64,000 bases of DNA. Origin: Octopus sinensis. Its lineage: Eukaryota. A model generated the notes under the pieces. The model was not told the DNA's origin and made no database searches. It saw only the letters and a program-made list of their open reading frames with translations. Where the stretch lies: the NCBI RefSeq assembly GCF_006345805.1, contig NC_043012.1, forward strand, positions 3,348,001 to 3,412,000. Reading direction: 5' to 3'. Each line of letters opens with the position of its first letter. The first letter of the stretch is position 1. The position numbers and the translations under genes are program-made. This document shows positions 49,555 through 61,648 of this stretch, piece after piece.

Positions 49555-50110
49555 TTGCCTTTCAATTTGAAGTCCTTTTTTTGTCTCGAACTCCGGAATT
49601 TTTTCTCTTGATTTTGTTCAACTCCTAATGAAACCATCTCGACTGTTCTCACCACAAACATTAGACGATGCTTCTGTCACAAGTTTTACACATCTCTCCA
49701 CCACTTTCCAGTTGCATCAAATGCCACTGTTGAATGAAGGTATCAATTTCTTCATCAGAAAATGCCTTTGTTAGTACAATAATGTCCTGCCATTTAATTA
49801 TGTCCATATCATTTGAGACAGCAAAGTTTAGGGTAGGAATTTTGAAAGGTCACACAGATTTCCATTTATAGTGTGTTCAAGCCTGCTTTATGTGCCTCCA
49901 GGCTAGTTCTTGAATGTTGTTCCGTTCATCGTTTATCATGGCCAGAAAATATTTTCTGGGTGCGCAAAGCAAGCATTCTATTGTATAACTTGAAACACAA
50001 TGTCTTGTACTGCTTGATCCATTTCTCTCAAAGACTCAATCATCTCAGACACATTTAAAGCCCCATTTTCCAAGGAAGAGTTGCGTTTAATTGTGAACCA
50101 CATTGGCACA
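49555..50110 (-). pseudogene. Decayed DNA-transposase C-terminus (hATm-like by recalled motifs)
   Basis: Minus strand IVFQVIQ*NACFAHPENI(f.s.)LAMINDER and VERCVKLVTEASSNVCGENSRDGFIRS*TKSREKIPEFETK. Confidence 0.55.
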
Positions 50111-50689
50111 TAAACTTTCATTATGTAAGCAACAATTAATTTCATTATGTTAGAAGGATTTGCCGGGCCCCCCCTGGCACCTGTGCAGGTGGCACGTAAA
50201 AAGCACCCACTACACTCGCGGAGTGGTTGGCGTTAGGAAGGGCATCCAGCTGTAGAAACTCTGCCAGATCAGACTGGAGCCTGGTGCAGCACCTGGCTTC
50301 CCAGACCCCGGTCGAACCGTCCAACCCGTGCTAGCGCGGAAAACGGACGTTAAACGATGATGATGATGATGATGATGATTCTTGGAGGCAACACACAACC
50401 ATAGCATACGATTTGCAGTTGTAAGCCATCAAGAACGCGCTATTTTACTAGGATTCCCATTCTCTTGTATTGGAACTTAGTATGCAAACTCTTAAGGATT
50501 CTATATTAATGGTTTTGCATTCCACTATGTAGAAATATGTATATATTTGTTACAACTTACAATCCATGAAATCCAAAATTCAACCAAAAATACTGATTTG
50601 AAAAAATTCCAATTTCATTGTTGAGCCCCCAAAAAATATTTAACCGCAAAGTTCTTTATACATCTTTCTTTTAACCCTAATTCGCAACA

Positions 50690-53340
50690 AAATATTGATT
50701 CTTGGTTACCGGTGTCAAAATTTGCATTTTTTGCTCCACCCTATTGTTCAACACACATTGGAAGTGTCTGAACACAGAGAAAAATGACAAGGACTCCATC
50801 GCATATGCTGGTAGAGTTAACAAGGAATGTGAGAAGTTCAAGCTGGACAAATTAATGCCTGATATGTTCAAATGCCTGATTTTTATAGGACACAGAAGTT
50901 AGAACTAGAATTCTTGTAAAGTTGGAACAAAACCAGGATGTAACCCTACAGCAGGTGTCAGAACAATGTGGAAGGATAGTCAAATTAAGACACAACACAG
51001 AGGAAATCAAATGAAAAGATTCTTTCCAAGTAAAACAAGTGCAAAATAGTCAAAATGGAGTTAAAGTGTTTTCTAAAAAACAACAAAAATCAGGAAATAA
51101 ACCCATGTTTTGCATGTGAAGGTATACACCTGAGAAAAAAATTGTTCATTTAAAAAAGCAGAGTACTTTTGTTGTGGAAAGATTGGACATATAAAGACAC
51201 ACTGTAGAACGAAGATGACACTGGTAGTGATATCATTATAAATGAAAAAACATGGAAATATGTCAGTAAGCTGAAACTAATAAAATCTAAAAAGGTGGCA
51301 CATGGTATTACAGGAAAAAGATTATATTTTTTGGTGAATTTGTATGTAATGTAATATTTCAATGTCAAGCAAAAAAAAGCAAAGATATACGTGCTAAAAT
51401 GTTCACTTGATTTATTCAGCACAGAGTGAATGGAGCTATTCAAATTATGTGATACGCCCATAGGTGTTCTGAGTGGAAATATGGTCGAGTCAGTCAAAGG
51501 TTCAAATGAGGCTAAAGGACTGAAGCAAAAAATTTAAAAATTATTTCCAGATATTTTTTTGCAAAAACTGGGTTGTTGTGCAAAAACGAAAACTAAGGTC
51601 ACTGTAAAACAAAGTGCAATACCAGTCAAAAAGGAATGTACCATTCACAGCAATAGCCTAGGTTAACAAAGAACTCAAAGACTGGAAAGTCTTGAAATAA
51701 TTGAAAAGATGGACCACTCAGACTGTGCAGCACCGATGGTTTACATGAAAAAGAAGAATAACAAACTAAGAGTTTGTGCAGATTTTTTAATAGGATATAA
51801 CGATAGGTGCAGGAGTGGCTGTGTGGTAAGTAGCTTGCTTACCAATCACATGGTTCTGGGTTCAGTCCCACTGCGTGGCATCTTGGGCAAGTGTCTTCTA
51901 CTATAGCCTCAGGCTGACCAATGCCTTGTGAGTGGATTTGGTAGACGGAAACTGAAAGAAGCCCGTCGTATACATATATGTATTTGTGTGTATGTTTGTG
52001 TGTCAGTGTTTGTCCTTCTAGCATTGCTTGACAACCGATGCTGGTGTGTTTACGCCCCCGTCACTTAGCGGTTCGGCAAAAGAGACCAATAGAATAAGTA
52101 CTGGGCTTACAAAGAATAAGTCCCGGGGTCGATTTGCTCGACTAAAGGCGGTGCTCCAGCATGGCCACAGTCAAATGACTGAAACAAGTAAAAGTGTAAA
52201 GTGTAAAGTGATTGTTTAGTCACACATAACTACCTATTGCCAAATTTAGAGGAAGTGTTTACAAAATTGAATGGAGGGGAATTCTTCTCAAAATTAGACC
52301 TCTCAGAGACATATCTACAGATTCAAGTAGAAGAAGAATGCTCACATTTATTAACAATTAACACACACATTGGCTTATTTAAATTTAAGCGGCTTCCCTT
52401 CGATGTAAAAGTGGCTCCTGCCACATTTCAGCAAGTAATGGATGCAATGCTGAGTGATTGTGATTTCGCTATCACCTATCTAGGCAATATTTTGATAAAG
52501 AGTGAATCACAGGAACAAAACTTTCAACACATTTAAAGCGTATTAGAGAAAATAAGCAAATACGGGTTCAAGTTAAAGGAGGTAAAATCTGAGTTCTTGT
52601 TGAATAAAATTTAATACTTAGGTCAAGTAATTGACATAAATGGAAGAAAGCCAGATCCGTCAAGGGTAACCGATAAAGAATATTCCCACACCAAAAAAGT
52701 GTAACGAAGCTGCAGGCATTTTGGAGTTTGGTAAACTATTACCAAATCTATATTCCAAACATACATAATGTAAGGGCCCCACTCAATGATCTGTTGAAAA
52801 AGAATACAAAATGGCATTGGACAGATAAGTGCCACAAGGCATTCAATGAATTGAAAAGTATTTTAACTTCGGACCTATCATTGACACATTTTGATCCAAA
52901 TTTGGAAACTATACTGGCTACAGATGCAAGTGAGTATGATGTAGGAGCCATACTTGTGCACAAATACAATGATTGCAGTAAAATAGCTATAGCCCATGCA
53001 TCAAGGTCGTTATTGCCAGCTGAAAAGAATTAAAGTCAGAGAGAAAAAGAGGCGTTGGCAATCATGTTTGGTGTCAATAAGTTTCATAGATTTATCCATG
53101 GAATATGTTTCTGTTTGCAAACTGCTGACTATATATGATTCCAAAAAAGGAATCCCAATGTGCACAGCGAATAGACTGCAATAAGGGGCATTATACTATT
53201 AAATTATAACTACAAAATGAAGTATTTACCGTTGAAAACACTAGGGCATGCAGATGGTTTATCCAGACTGATACCAAAACATTGTGAGCCATTTGAAAGA
53301 GCTGAAGGTGAAATAAAGAACGTAATGTGGAACATGGTGC
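50690..53340 (+). pseudogene. Decayed Ty3/Gypsy gag-pol remnant (RT, RNase H), split by a SINE
   Basis: AAPMVYMKKKNNKLRVCADF; FSKLDLSETYLQI...GLFKFKRLPF...YLGN (YxDD lost); RNase H LATDASEYDVGA...IAHASRSL. Stops and frameshifts; no LTRs identified. Confidence 0.85.
51805..52194 (+). mobile_element. SINE family 2, full length, inserted in the Gypsy RT
   Basis: RT reading (..IGYND | DCLVTHNYLLPNLEE) resumes on the far side. Confidence 0.85.
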
Positions 53341-53744
53341 AAGTAAAAGATAAAATATAAGATAAGATGTGTATGTGTGTGTGTGTGTGTTGGATAGGTC
53401 AGCATGGAATAAGTTGTTGCTCTTCTCTTAAACAGGTCAGTGACCTGTGTTTCACCTGCGCATTTAATTTTGGCATTGTTTCCACAGCTGGATGCTTTTT
53501 CATGTTGAATGAAGTTGCATTTATTTTTATAAAGCAAAACATTTCATTCATTCCTTCACTGACATTATCATAACATAACACACCAAATGATGACATTACT
53601 GTTTATACTACGTGTATGTTTGCGTCATGTATTTATATATATATATATATATATATAATTGATTAACATCCACTCTTCATGCTGGCATGGGTTGCACAGT
53701 TTGATCATATATATATATATATAAATATATACATATATAGATTT

Positions 53745-54540
53745 TTTTTTTTGTAGTTTCAGCTCAGAGCTGTGGCCATGCTGGAGCACCGCCGTTTTGC
53801 TACCCTGTTATTACTGAGATCCTCCTCTAATATGTGGCATTTCATGAAGAATAGAGTTTGATGTAGCTACCCTCATTTGCACCTCTTACCATGAGGTAGG
53901 TTCATTTGGGACTCTCAACAGAAAGAGTTCCAGCCTTGATTTTTAAATGCCTACATCTACTTTGTGTAGGTTTCTCAGGCTCTTTGGGAGAATATTAAAA
54001 AGCTGTCATTATCTTCAAGGAATGCAATAAGTTTCTTCCTGACAATACACTCCATGACTTTGCTGACATGGGCAGTTAGAGAGACAGGTCTATAACTCTT
54101 AGCATCTGCTCTGCTACCTCCCTTATGGATAGAGCATATAATGTCTTCCTTTAACTTTTTGGCAAGTCTCCCTATTGTGAGGAAGCTCTGGAAGAGAATC
54201 TGAAGTGGTCTAGCTGAGCCCCTTTGAATTTCTTTAGGAGGATTGCTAGGAATCCGTCAGGGCCTGTTGCTGAGTTTGATCTCATCTCTTCAATGGTTGA
54301 TATCATATCAGTTTCCTCTATGTTGATGCTGTCAATAATTGCCATTTTGTTGTGTAGATCTGTGGAGCCAAAGAACTCATTAGGCATAACAACTTGCAAG
54401 TGTCCCAGGTGAGTGGTGAAAGCAATCTTGTATTGCACGTTCAGTATTTCACTGATCCTCTGGGGGTATGCAATCGGTTAGCCATTTTCTTCAAGTAGTG
54501 GCCCTGTTTTTACATATCTATAGAAGGTTTTAGGGTTTGT
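53745..54540 (-). pseudogene. Internally deleted CR1-group LINE with intact 3' end and poly(A)
   Basis: NSATGPDGFLAILLKK, HKGGSRADAKSYRPVSLT; 3' end GGCGGTGCTCCAGCATGGCCACAGCTCTGAGCTGAAAC followed by an A-run. Confidence 0.75.
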
Positions 54541-54555
54541 CTTAATATGAATATA

Positions 54556-54592
<37 letters not shown>

Positions 54593-56268
54593 TGGTGACC
54601 AAGTCAGTAGTGGGGGTGGGTGTGCTGAAAGTGTAACGGCTAGAGTAAGAATAGCCTGGGCAAAGTTTAGGGAGCTCTTACCTCTGTTGGGACTAAAGGC
54701 CTCTCGCTCAGAGTAAAAGGCAGACTGTATGATGCATGTGTACAAACAGCCATGCTACATGGCAGTGAAACATGGGCCGTGACTGCTGAGGACATGCGTA
54801 AGCTCGCGAGAAATGAAGCTAGTATGCTCCGTTGGATGTGTAATGTCAGTGTTCATAGTCGACAGAGTGTAAGTACCTTGAGAGAAAAGTTGGACCTAAG
54901 AGGAATCAGATGTTGTGTGCAAGAGAGACGATTGCGCTGGTATGGTCATGTGGTGAGAATGGATGAAGATAGGTGTGTGAAAAAGTGCCACACCCTGGCA
55001 GTTGAGGGGACCTGTGGAAGAGGTAGACCCAGGAAAACCTGGGTCGAGGTGGTGAAGCACGACCTTCGAACTCTAGGTCTCACCAAAGAAATGACCAGAG
55101 ACCGAGACCTATGGAAGTATGCTGTGCGTGAGAAGACCCGGCAAGACCAGTGAGAACAATCAAAATCAAATCATATATCAGAAAGCAGGGGTTAAGTGAC
55201 CCATCTGTCCGTGTCTGCTGTCAGCCTCGTCTGGCACCCGTGCCGGTGATACGTAAAAGCACCATTCGCTCATGGCCGTTTGCCAGCCCTGCCTGGCCCC
55301 GTGTCGGTGGCACGTAAAAGCACCATCCGTCGTGTTCGGTTCCAGCCTCGCCTGGCCCCATGCCGGTGACACGTAAAAGCACCGTCCGTTTCGTGGCCGT
55401 TGGCCAGCTCTGTCTGGCCCCGTGTCGGTGGCACGTAAAAGCACCATCCGTTCGTGCCGTTTGCCAGCTCTGTCTAGCAACAGTGTCGGTGGCACGTAAA
55501 GCACCATCCGTCCGTGTCCGTTGCCAGCCTCGGCTGGCCCCCGTGCCGGTGACACGTAAAAGCACGTCCGCTCGTGGCCGTTTGCCAGCTCTGTCTGGCA
55601 ACCGTGTCGGTGGCACGTAAAAGCACCATCTGTTCGCGTCCGTTGTCAGCCTCGGCTGGCCCCCGTGCCGTGACACGTAAAAGCACCATCCGTTTGCCAG
55701 CTCTGTCTGGCCCCGTGTCGGTGCACGTAAAAGCAACATTCGTCCGTGTCCGTTGCAGCCTCGGCTGGCCCCGTGCCGGACACGTAAAAGCACCGTCTGC
55801 TCGTGGCCGTTTGCCAGCTCTGTCTAGCAACCGTGTCGGTGGCACGTAAAGCACATCCGTTCGCGTCTGTTGCCAGCCTCGGCTGGCCCCCGTGCCGGTG
55901 ACACGTAAAAGCACCGTCCGTTCGTGGCCGGTTGCCAGCTCTGTCTGGCCCCGTGTCGGTGGCACGTAAAAGCACCATCCGTTCGTGTCCGTTGCCAGCA
56001 TCGCCTGGCCCCGTGCCGGTGACACGTAAAAGCACCATCCGTTCGTGGCCGTTCGCCAGCTCTGTCTGGCACCTGTGCAGGTGGCACGTAAAAAACACCC
56101 ACTACACTCGCGGAGTGGTTGGCGTTAGGAAGGGCATCCAGCCGTAGAAACACTGCCAGATCTGACTGGGCCTGACGAAGCCTTCCAGCTTCACAGACCC
56201 CAGTTGACCCGTCCAACCCATGCTAGCATGGAAAACGGACGCTAAACGATGATGATGATGATGATGAT
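54593..56268 (+). mobile_element. 5'-truncated RTE LINE: ORF2 C-terminus, expanded minisatellite 3' UTR, (GAT)n tail
   Basis: Open ORF 54752-55153 (MLHGSETW...RLRWYGHVVRM...GRGRPRKTW); links the ubiquitous GAT-tailed repeat to this LINE. Confidence 0.85.
55200..56095 (+). repeat. Tandem array of 15 ~60-bp units, mostly alternating A/B
   Basis: ACGTAAA marker about every 60 bp from ~55252 to ~56086; A = TGCCGGTGACACG, B = TGTCGGTGGCACG. Confidence 0.9.
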
Positions 56269-56494
56269 ATAATCATTTTGCAAGATTCTTGATGTGAATT
56301 CGTGTGTTGAAACAGACTCTGGCCGAAATACAATTAATATAAAATAAAGCTGAAGCAAGTGAACACCAAATATATATAGTGTGTGATTTCATTGGATAAA
56401 CTGGCAACATGATCATCCCCAAATGCAACAACATATACATATATGTATGTATGTATATTCACCAAATTCCACTTATCAGAGGAGGCTCTCAATA

Positions 56495-57690
56495 TAAAGT
56501 GAGTCATGGTATGATATGCCACAAATTGCATGATCTTGGCATAGATGGAAAACTTGGAAAGTGATTACATGATTTTCTGAAAGACATAAGTCAGTCAGTG
56601 GTGGCCAATGGAGCTACCTCACAGAAAACACAAATAGCCAGTAGTGTTCCACAGGGCACTGTCTTGGGACCACTGCATTTTATAGTGGCCCTCTTAGATA
56701 TGCCCTCAGCTGCCCAGATAGTCACCCTTGCTAGCTATGCAGGCAGTATGAAAGTCTTGCAGAAAATACAAAACCCTAGCAATGTTGAACACTTGCAGCA
56801 GGAGTTGGACTCAGTTTGAGGATGGGCTGAGGACAATAATATGCAGTTTAATGCTGGAAAATTCCAAGCCTTCTGCTATCAGCACCCAAAACTGAACATA
56901 AAATTTACAGGGTACACTGGCCCACAGGGGATTACAATCCCAGAACCTAAATCAGTGAGGGATCTGGGTATCACCATGAGCGATGATACCTCTTTCTAAG
57001 TGCACATTACCAAGATGGCAACAAAGTGCAGACAGCTGGCTGGATCCTGAGAACATTCAGAACCAGAGAGAAGGAAACAATGATGGTCCTCTGGAGAACA
57101 TTCATCCTCAGCCGCCTAGGCTACTGCTCCCAGTTATGGTCACCCAACAGTGTAAAATTAACAGGGGACCTTAAAGCAATCCGATGAAGCTTCACAAAGA
57201 AAATCATCTCATTGCAGCAGCTCAGCTACTGGGAAAGGCTGAAACAGCAAAGACTCTACTCCCTGGAACAAAGGTGGGAGAGATATATAGTAATATATAC
57301 ATCTGGAAGATCCTGGAAGGGATTGTGCCATATTTTGGCCTTGAAAGCTACACAATTGCAAGAAGGGGACACCACTGCACAGTGCCAAAGATCCCAGCAA
57401 TGCCGTTGTGCTTCAGGACCAGTTACTGCAACAGCCTGGGTTTCAGGGGCCCACAGCCTGGGGGACTTACACAAGTGGATGCATGTGTTTTCAAATCAAA
57501 ACTGGATCTCTACCTGTCGAGAGTCCCAGATGAACCTACCTTGCAGCAGGAGGTGCAAATGAGGGTAGCGGTATCAAACTCCCTTATTCACCAAATTCCA
57601 CATATCAGAGGAGGCTCTCAATAATAACGGTGTAGCAAACCAGCAGTGCCCCAATATCGCGACAGCTTTGAGCTGAAACTGGTAAAACAA
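56495..57690 (+). pseudogene. Decayed 5'-truncated CR1-group LINE
   Basis: [36 protein letters not shown] (from YADD), LSYWERLK, YIVIYIWKILEG; same family as 53745-54540. Confidence 0.8.
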
Positions 57691-57713
57691 TAAAACAAGA
57701 TATATATATATAT

Positions 57714-57943
57714 ATTTATTTATTACCCACAAGGGGCTAAACACAGAGGGGACAAACAAGGACAGACAAACGGATTAAGTCGATTATATCGACCCCAGTG
57801 TGTAACTGGTACTTATTTAATCGACCCCGAAAGGATGAAAGGCAAAGTCAACCTCGGCGGAATTTGAGCTCAGAACGAAACGGCAGACAAAATACGGCTA
57901 CGCATTTCACCCGGCGTGCTAACGTTTCTGCCAGCTCGCCGCC
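57714..57943 (-). mobile_element. SINE family 3, full length
   Basis: Head GGCGGCGAGCTGGCAGAAACG on the minus strand. Confidence 0.8.
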
Positions 57944-58358
57944 AGTACACTATATATATAGTGTACTGTCCTGTGATGGTAAGATCAACCCCAAAAAAGC
58001 ACTCATCTGGTGAGAGGTAAATATTATTTATAAACACAATATATATTGTTGTGTGCTACTATTAGTTCCATGTGCTGAGACCATCCCAGACAGTATTTTG
58101 TAACATGCCTGGTGACTTAATTCAATCATCAGGCACTGTTAAAAAATACTTTCTGGCATGCTCTCAGCACATGAAACTAATAATAACACATAAGATCATA
58201 TATTGTGTTTATCAGATAATATATATATATATATATATGTATGTATCAGAATAAGACTAACATTGAGCCAAGCATGTTTACTAGAGTTTTCCTTATTGTT
58301 TATTCCATTTTCCATTGTATTTTTACTATTTCTTGATTTTTCTTCTTTCATGTCTCAG

Positions 58359-58438
58359 GGAAAACTGGTATGGAATGTTGTATTCTTGGGCAGACAGCAA
58401 GAAAAAGTCAAATCTGATGTTGTCATTGTTTGAACCTG
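58359..58438 (+). CDS. INTS14: INTS14 internal coding exon D (80 nt)
   Basis: Acceptor ttcttctttcatgtctcAG at 58358, donor G|GTAAGT after 58438. Reads (G)ENWYGMLYSWADSKKKSNLMLSLFEP, matching GPEWHGMLYSQADSKKKSNLMMSLFEPG. Next exon not found in the window. Confidence 0.9.
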
Positions 58439-58639
58439 GTAAGTTGGCATGCATACATAGTCATAAAGGAATATATATGTATTTGTATATATAGGTATGG
58501 TGGTGCAAAGAGGAAAAATAGAACTCAAAATATGAGTATTTGTATATTATTATTAATATTTAGAGAAGCAACTATTGGCATGACTGTACTGTGTGGTTAA
58601 GAAGTTTGCTTCTCAACTATAAGGCATTTTGAGCAAATA

Positions 58640-59014
58640 TCTATATCTCTATCTCTCTATATATAAACGGCAAAATGTCTGTGTGTGTGTCCTTTATACA
58701 AATTCACAATTTTTCAGTTAGAGGGCTCGCACTTTCTATGGTCATTCAAAACCGTCCAAGGGTGGTCATGCACATCTTTACATTTATCCAGTCACCCAAC
58801 AAAGCCATTAAAAAATCAATAGAAGTGACCTTTTTGTGAATTTTTTATCCACAACCCAACCAAATGCCTGAAACTTGATATGCCAATTGAATGCCAGCTA
58901 GCTGTATGTGATTGGTCGGAGATTTGGACAGTACTCGCATGTATATGCGCACGCACGCAGCTGTATATGCATGCACTAGCACTATGACCCAGTGTTGCTG
59001 GGTCATAGTGCTAG
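58640..59014 (+). mobile_element. Non-autonomous Helitron inserted in a SINE family 2 remnant
   Basis: A|TC start, CTAG|T end; flanks rejoin as GAGCAAATA|TCTTCT, matching SINE consensus GGGCAAGTG|TCTTCT with no TSD; terminal 18-bp palindrome. Confidence 0.8.
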
Positions 59015-59271
59015 TCTTCTATAATATCCCCGGGCTGACTAGTCCTGCAAAGCTGTTCTTCATTGATAGGTAGGTAAATATTCATAGAGTTCATATTTGA
59101 ACCTCGTAAATGAGAAAACACTGGATATAGGTAATCCTTTACAGCTGTTTGGTGTTCAGTTCTTATCTGTGAAGAATGACGATGAATCACTTTCTTGAGT
59201 TTCCTGTTTTTCTGATTAATTACATATTTTTATTCTGACTTCTTATATATATATATATATTTATTTATGCA

Positions 59272-59550
59272 CCCTTTTCAAGCCTAGCCAGGCTCATGGG
59301 CCCGGTTTCCCAGTTTATATGGCGTATGTGTTCCCCCCAGCTGGACGGGACCCCAGTCCATTGCAGCATTACTCAAGAAACAGGAAGAAAGAGTGAGAGA
59401 AAGTTGGGGTGAAAGAGTACAACAGGGGTCACCACCACTCCCTGCAGGAACCTCGTGGAGCTTTAGGTGTTTTCGCTCAATAAACACACAACGCCCACGA
59501 TCCTCCAACCGTGAGTCCGCTACCCTGACCACTGGGCCATTGCGCCTCCA
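59272..59550 (-). mobile_element. SINE with family 1 head and an alternative 3' module
   Basis: Matches 4564-4757 to ...CTTCCTGTTTCT, then TGAGTAATGCTGCAATGGACTGG...AAAAGGGTGCATAAATAAAT. Confidence 0.7.
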
Positions 59551-59559
59551 CGTATATAT

Positions 59560-60175
59560 ATCATCATCATCATCATCATTTAACATCCGCTTTCCATGCT
59601 AGCATGGGTTGGACAATTTGACTGAGGTCTGGCGAACCAAATGGCTGCACCAGACTCCAATCTGATCTGGCAGAGTTTCTACAGCTGGATGCACTTCTTA
59701 ACGCCAACCACGCTGAGAGTATAGTGGGTGCTTTTACATGCCACCGGCATGAGGGCCAGTCAGGCGGTACTGGCAACGGTCACACTCAAATGGTGCATTT
59801 TATGTGCCACCTGCACAGGAGCCAGTCCAGTGGCACTTGTAACGACCTCGCTCAAATGTTTTTCCATGCGCTACCAGCACTAGTATTAGTAAGGTGACGC
59901 AGGTAACAATCACGCTCGAATGGTGTAATTTTAACGTGCCATCAGCACGGAGGCCAGCTTGTTGCTCTGGCAACGATCTCACTCATATGGTACTCTAAGC
60001 ACTCCACTAGCATGGATGCCAGTCATCGAATTTCATTTCGATTTCACTTGCCTCAACAGGTCTTCACAAGCAGAGTTTAGTGTCCTATGAAGGAAAGGCA
60101 CACATAAGTGGACTGGTTACACCCCTGGCATAGGCCACAAGGTTATGCTTGCCGAGTCTTCTCAAGCACAGCATA
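59560..60175 (-). mobile_element. RTE 3' fragment with subrepeats
   Basis: CAT tail at ~59560 and standard 3' UTR blocks. Confidence 0.75.
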
Positions 60176-61069
60176 TTTCCAATATATATATATATGATGG
60201 AGTCTCTTGTTGTGAACAACAAATGAGGGTTCAGTAAAATAAAACGTTAATCATGTTCTATGGACACGAATGTGTCTCTTGTGGCCTGTTGGTGCCTTGC
60301 AAACTTTTTGGTAAATGGAACAAGTTGAGGACTCAATTTGCTTGTGTCCTACAATGAGAGGTAAGGTTTCCATTTAGAGGGGCAGTGTTTTGCCAGTGTG
60401 CCTTCATGCTTGCACGAAGTCGGTCCCAGTGCTGGAGCCAACTTTGCTCACTAACCTCATAAGTGCCAGTGACACACAAAAACCATATATATATATATAT
60501 CACTGTATCACTGTATTAATCAGACTGTCAGATGCTATAGTTTACTAATCACTGTGCTTCCTTACATTTTTTTAGACTTCGAATGATGTCACCTTGCTGG
60601 CATACACACACACACACAAACATACACACATATATGTATTAATACATATCGTCATTATTATTTAATGTCTATTTTCCATGCTGACGTAGGATGGACGGTT
60701 TGACAAGATCCGGTGAGCAGTAGGGTCACGTCATGTTCCAGTGTCACCTTTGGCATGGCCTCCATGGCTGGATGCCCTTTCTACCAACGACGACTTTGCA
60801 GAATGTACTGGGTGTTTTTCGTGTGGCACATATGAGGTTACCAAGTAACTTGCAAGAAAAGAAAATGAAGAAAAAGGGACAAAAAGACAAAAAAAAAGAA
60901 GAAAAGGGAAAAAAACCTCCTTAACTAAATGGTGTGTGGCAGAGTGGTATTTGAGAGGGGGAAGAGTGGTGATGGTTCTGTGCTGTGTATTGAGAGGCTA
61001 GATTGTGGTGGAAGAACAAGACCAAGGCTCCCCTGAATTATATAAGGATGGATGTGAGTGGCTAATAGA

Positions 61070-61161
61070 TATATATATATATATAGATAGATAGATAGAT
61101 ATATGATATATATATAGATAGATAGATATATATGTATAGATATATATATATGTATAGATAT

Positions 61162-61192
<31 letters not shown>

Positions 61193-61350
61193 TATGATAT
61201 ATATATAGATAGATAGATATATGTATAGATATATATATAGATAGATAGATATATATAGATAGATATATATATATAGATATATATATATATATAGATAGAT
61301 GTATATAGATAGATAGATAGATATATATATAGATGTATAGATATATATAT

Positions 61351-61390
<40 letters not shown>
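61070..61390. repeat. TAGA/TA compound microsatellite
   Basis: Source of ORF 61062-61445. Confidence 0.9.
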
Positions 61391-61391
<1 letters not shown>

Positions 61392-61648
61392 ATATGTTAT
61401 ATAAAGGATCTTGGGTAAGGCCAAAACAATGCGAAGTGAATGCAAAGTAAATCACAATACTTCACATTGTTTTGGCCTTACTCACGATTCTTTATACAAT
61501 ATATTCTACACACTACACAATGCTTCATAGTAATTATTCCATTATAATATATTTATATATGTAGGAGTGGCTGTGTGGTAAGCAGCTTGTTTACCAACCA
61601 CATGGTTCTGGGTTCAGTTCCACTGCGTGGCACCTTGGGCAAGTGTCT

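Noticed and set aside
50080-53600. LTRs, primer-binding site and integrase for the Gypsy remnant
   Set aside because: No paired TG...CA direct repeats, PBS or integrase motifs could be identified by eye.
55178-56216. Cluster of long overlapping ORFs (up to 190 aa), and a repeat array superficially like CRISPR
   Set aside because: The ORFs are translations of a GC-rich tandem repeat inside a LINE 3' UTR. Units are contiguous with no unique spacers, there are no cas genes, and the context is eukaryotic.
60576-60590. Possible next INTS14 exon after a strong pyrimidine tract and AG
   Set aside because: In the required phase it reads D-F-E-stop; the expected PWLG-type sequence was not found anywhere in 58439-64000.
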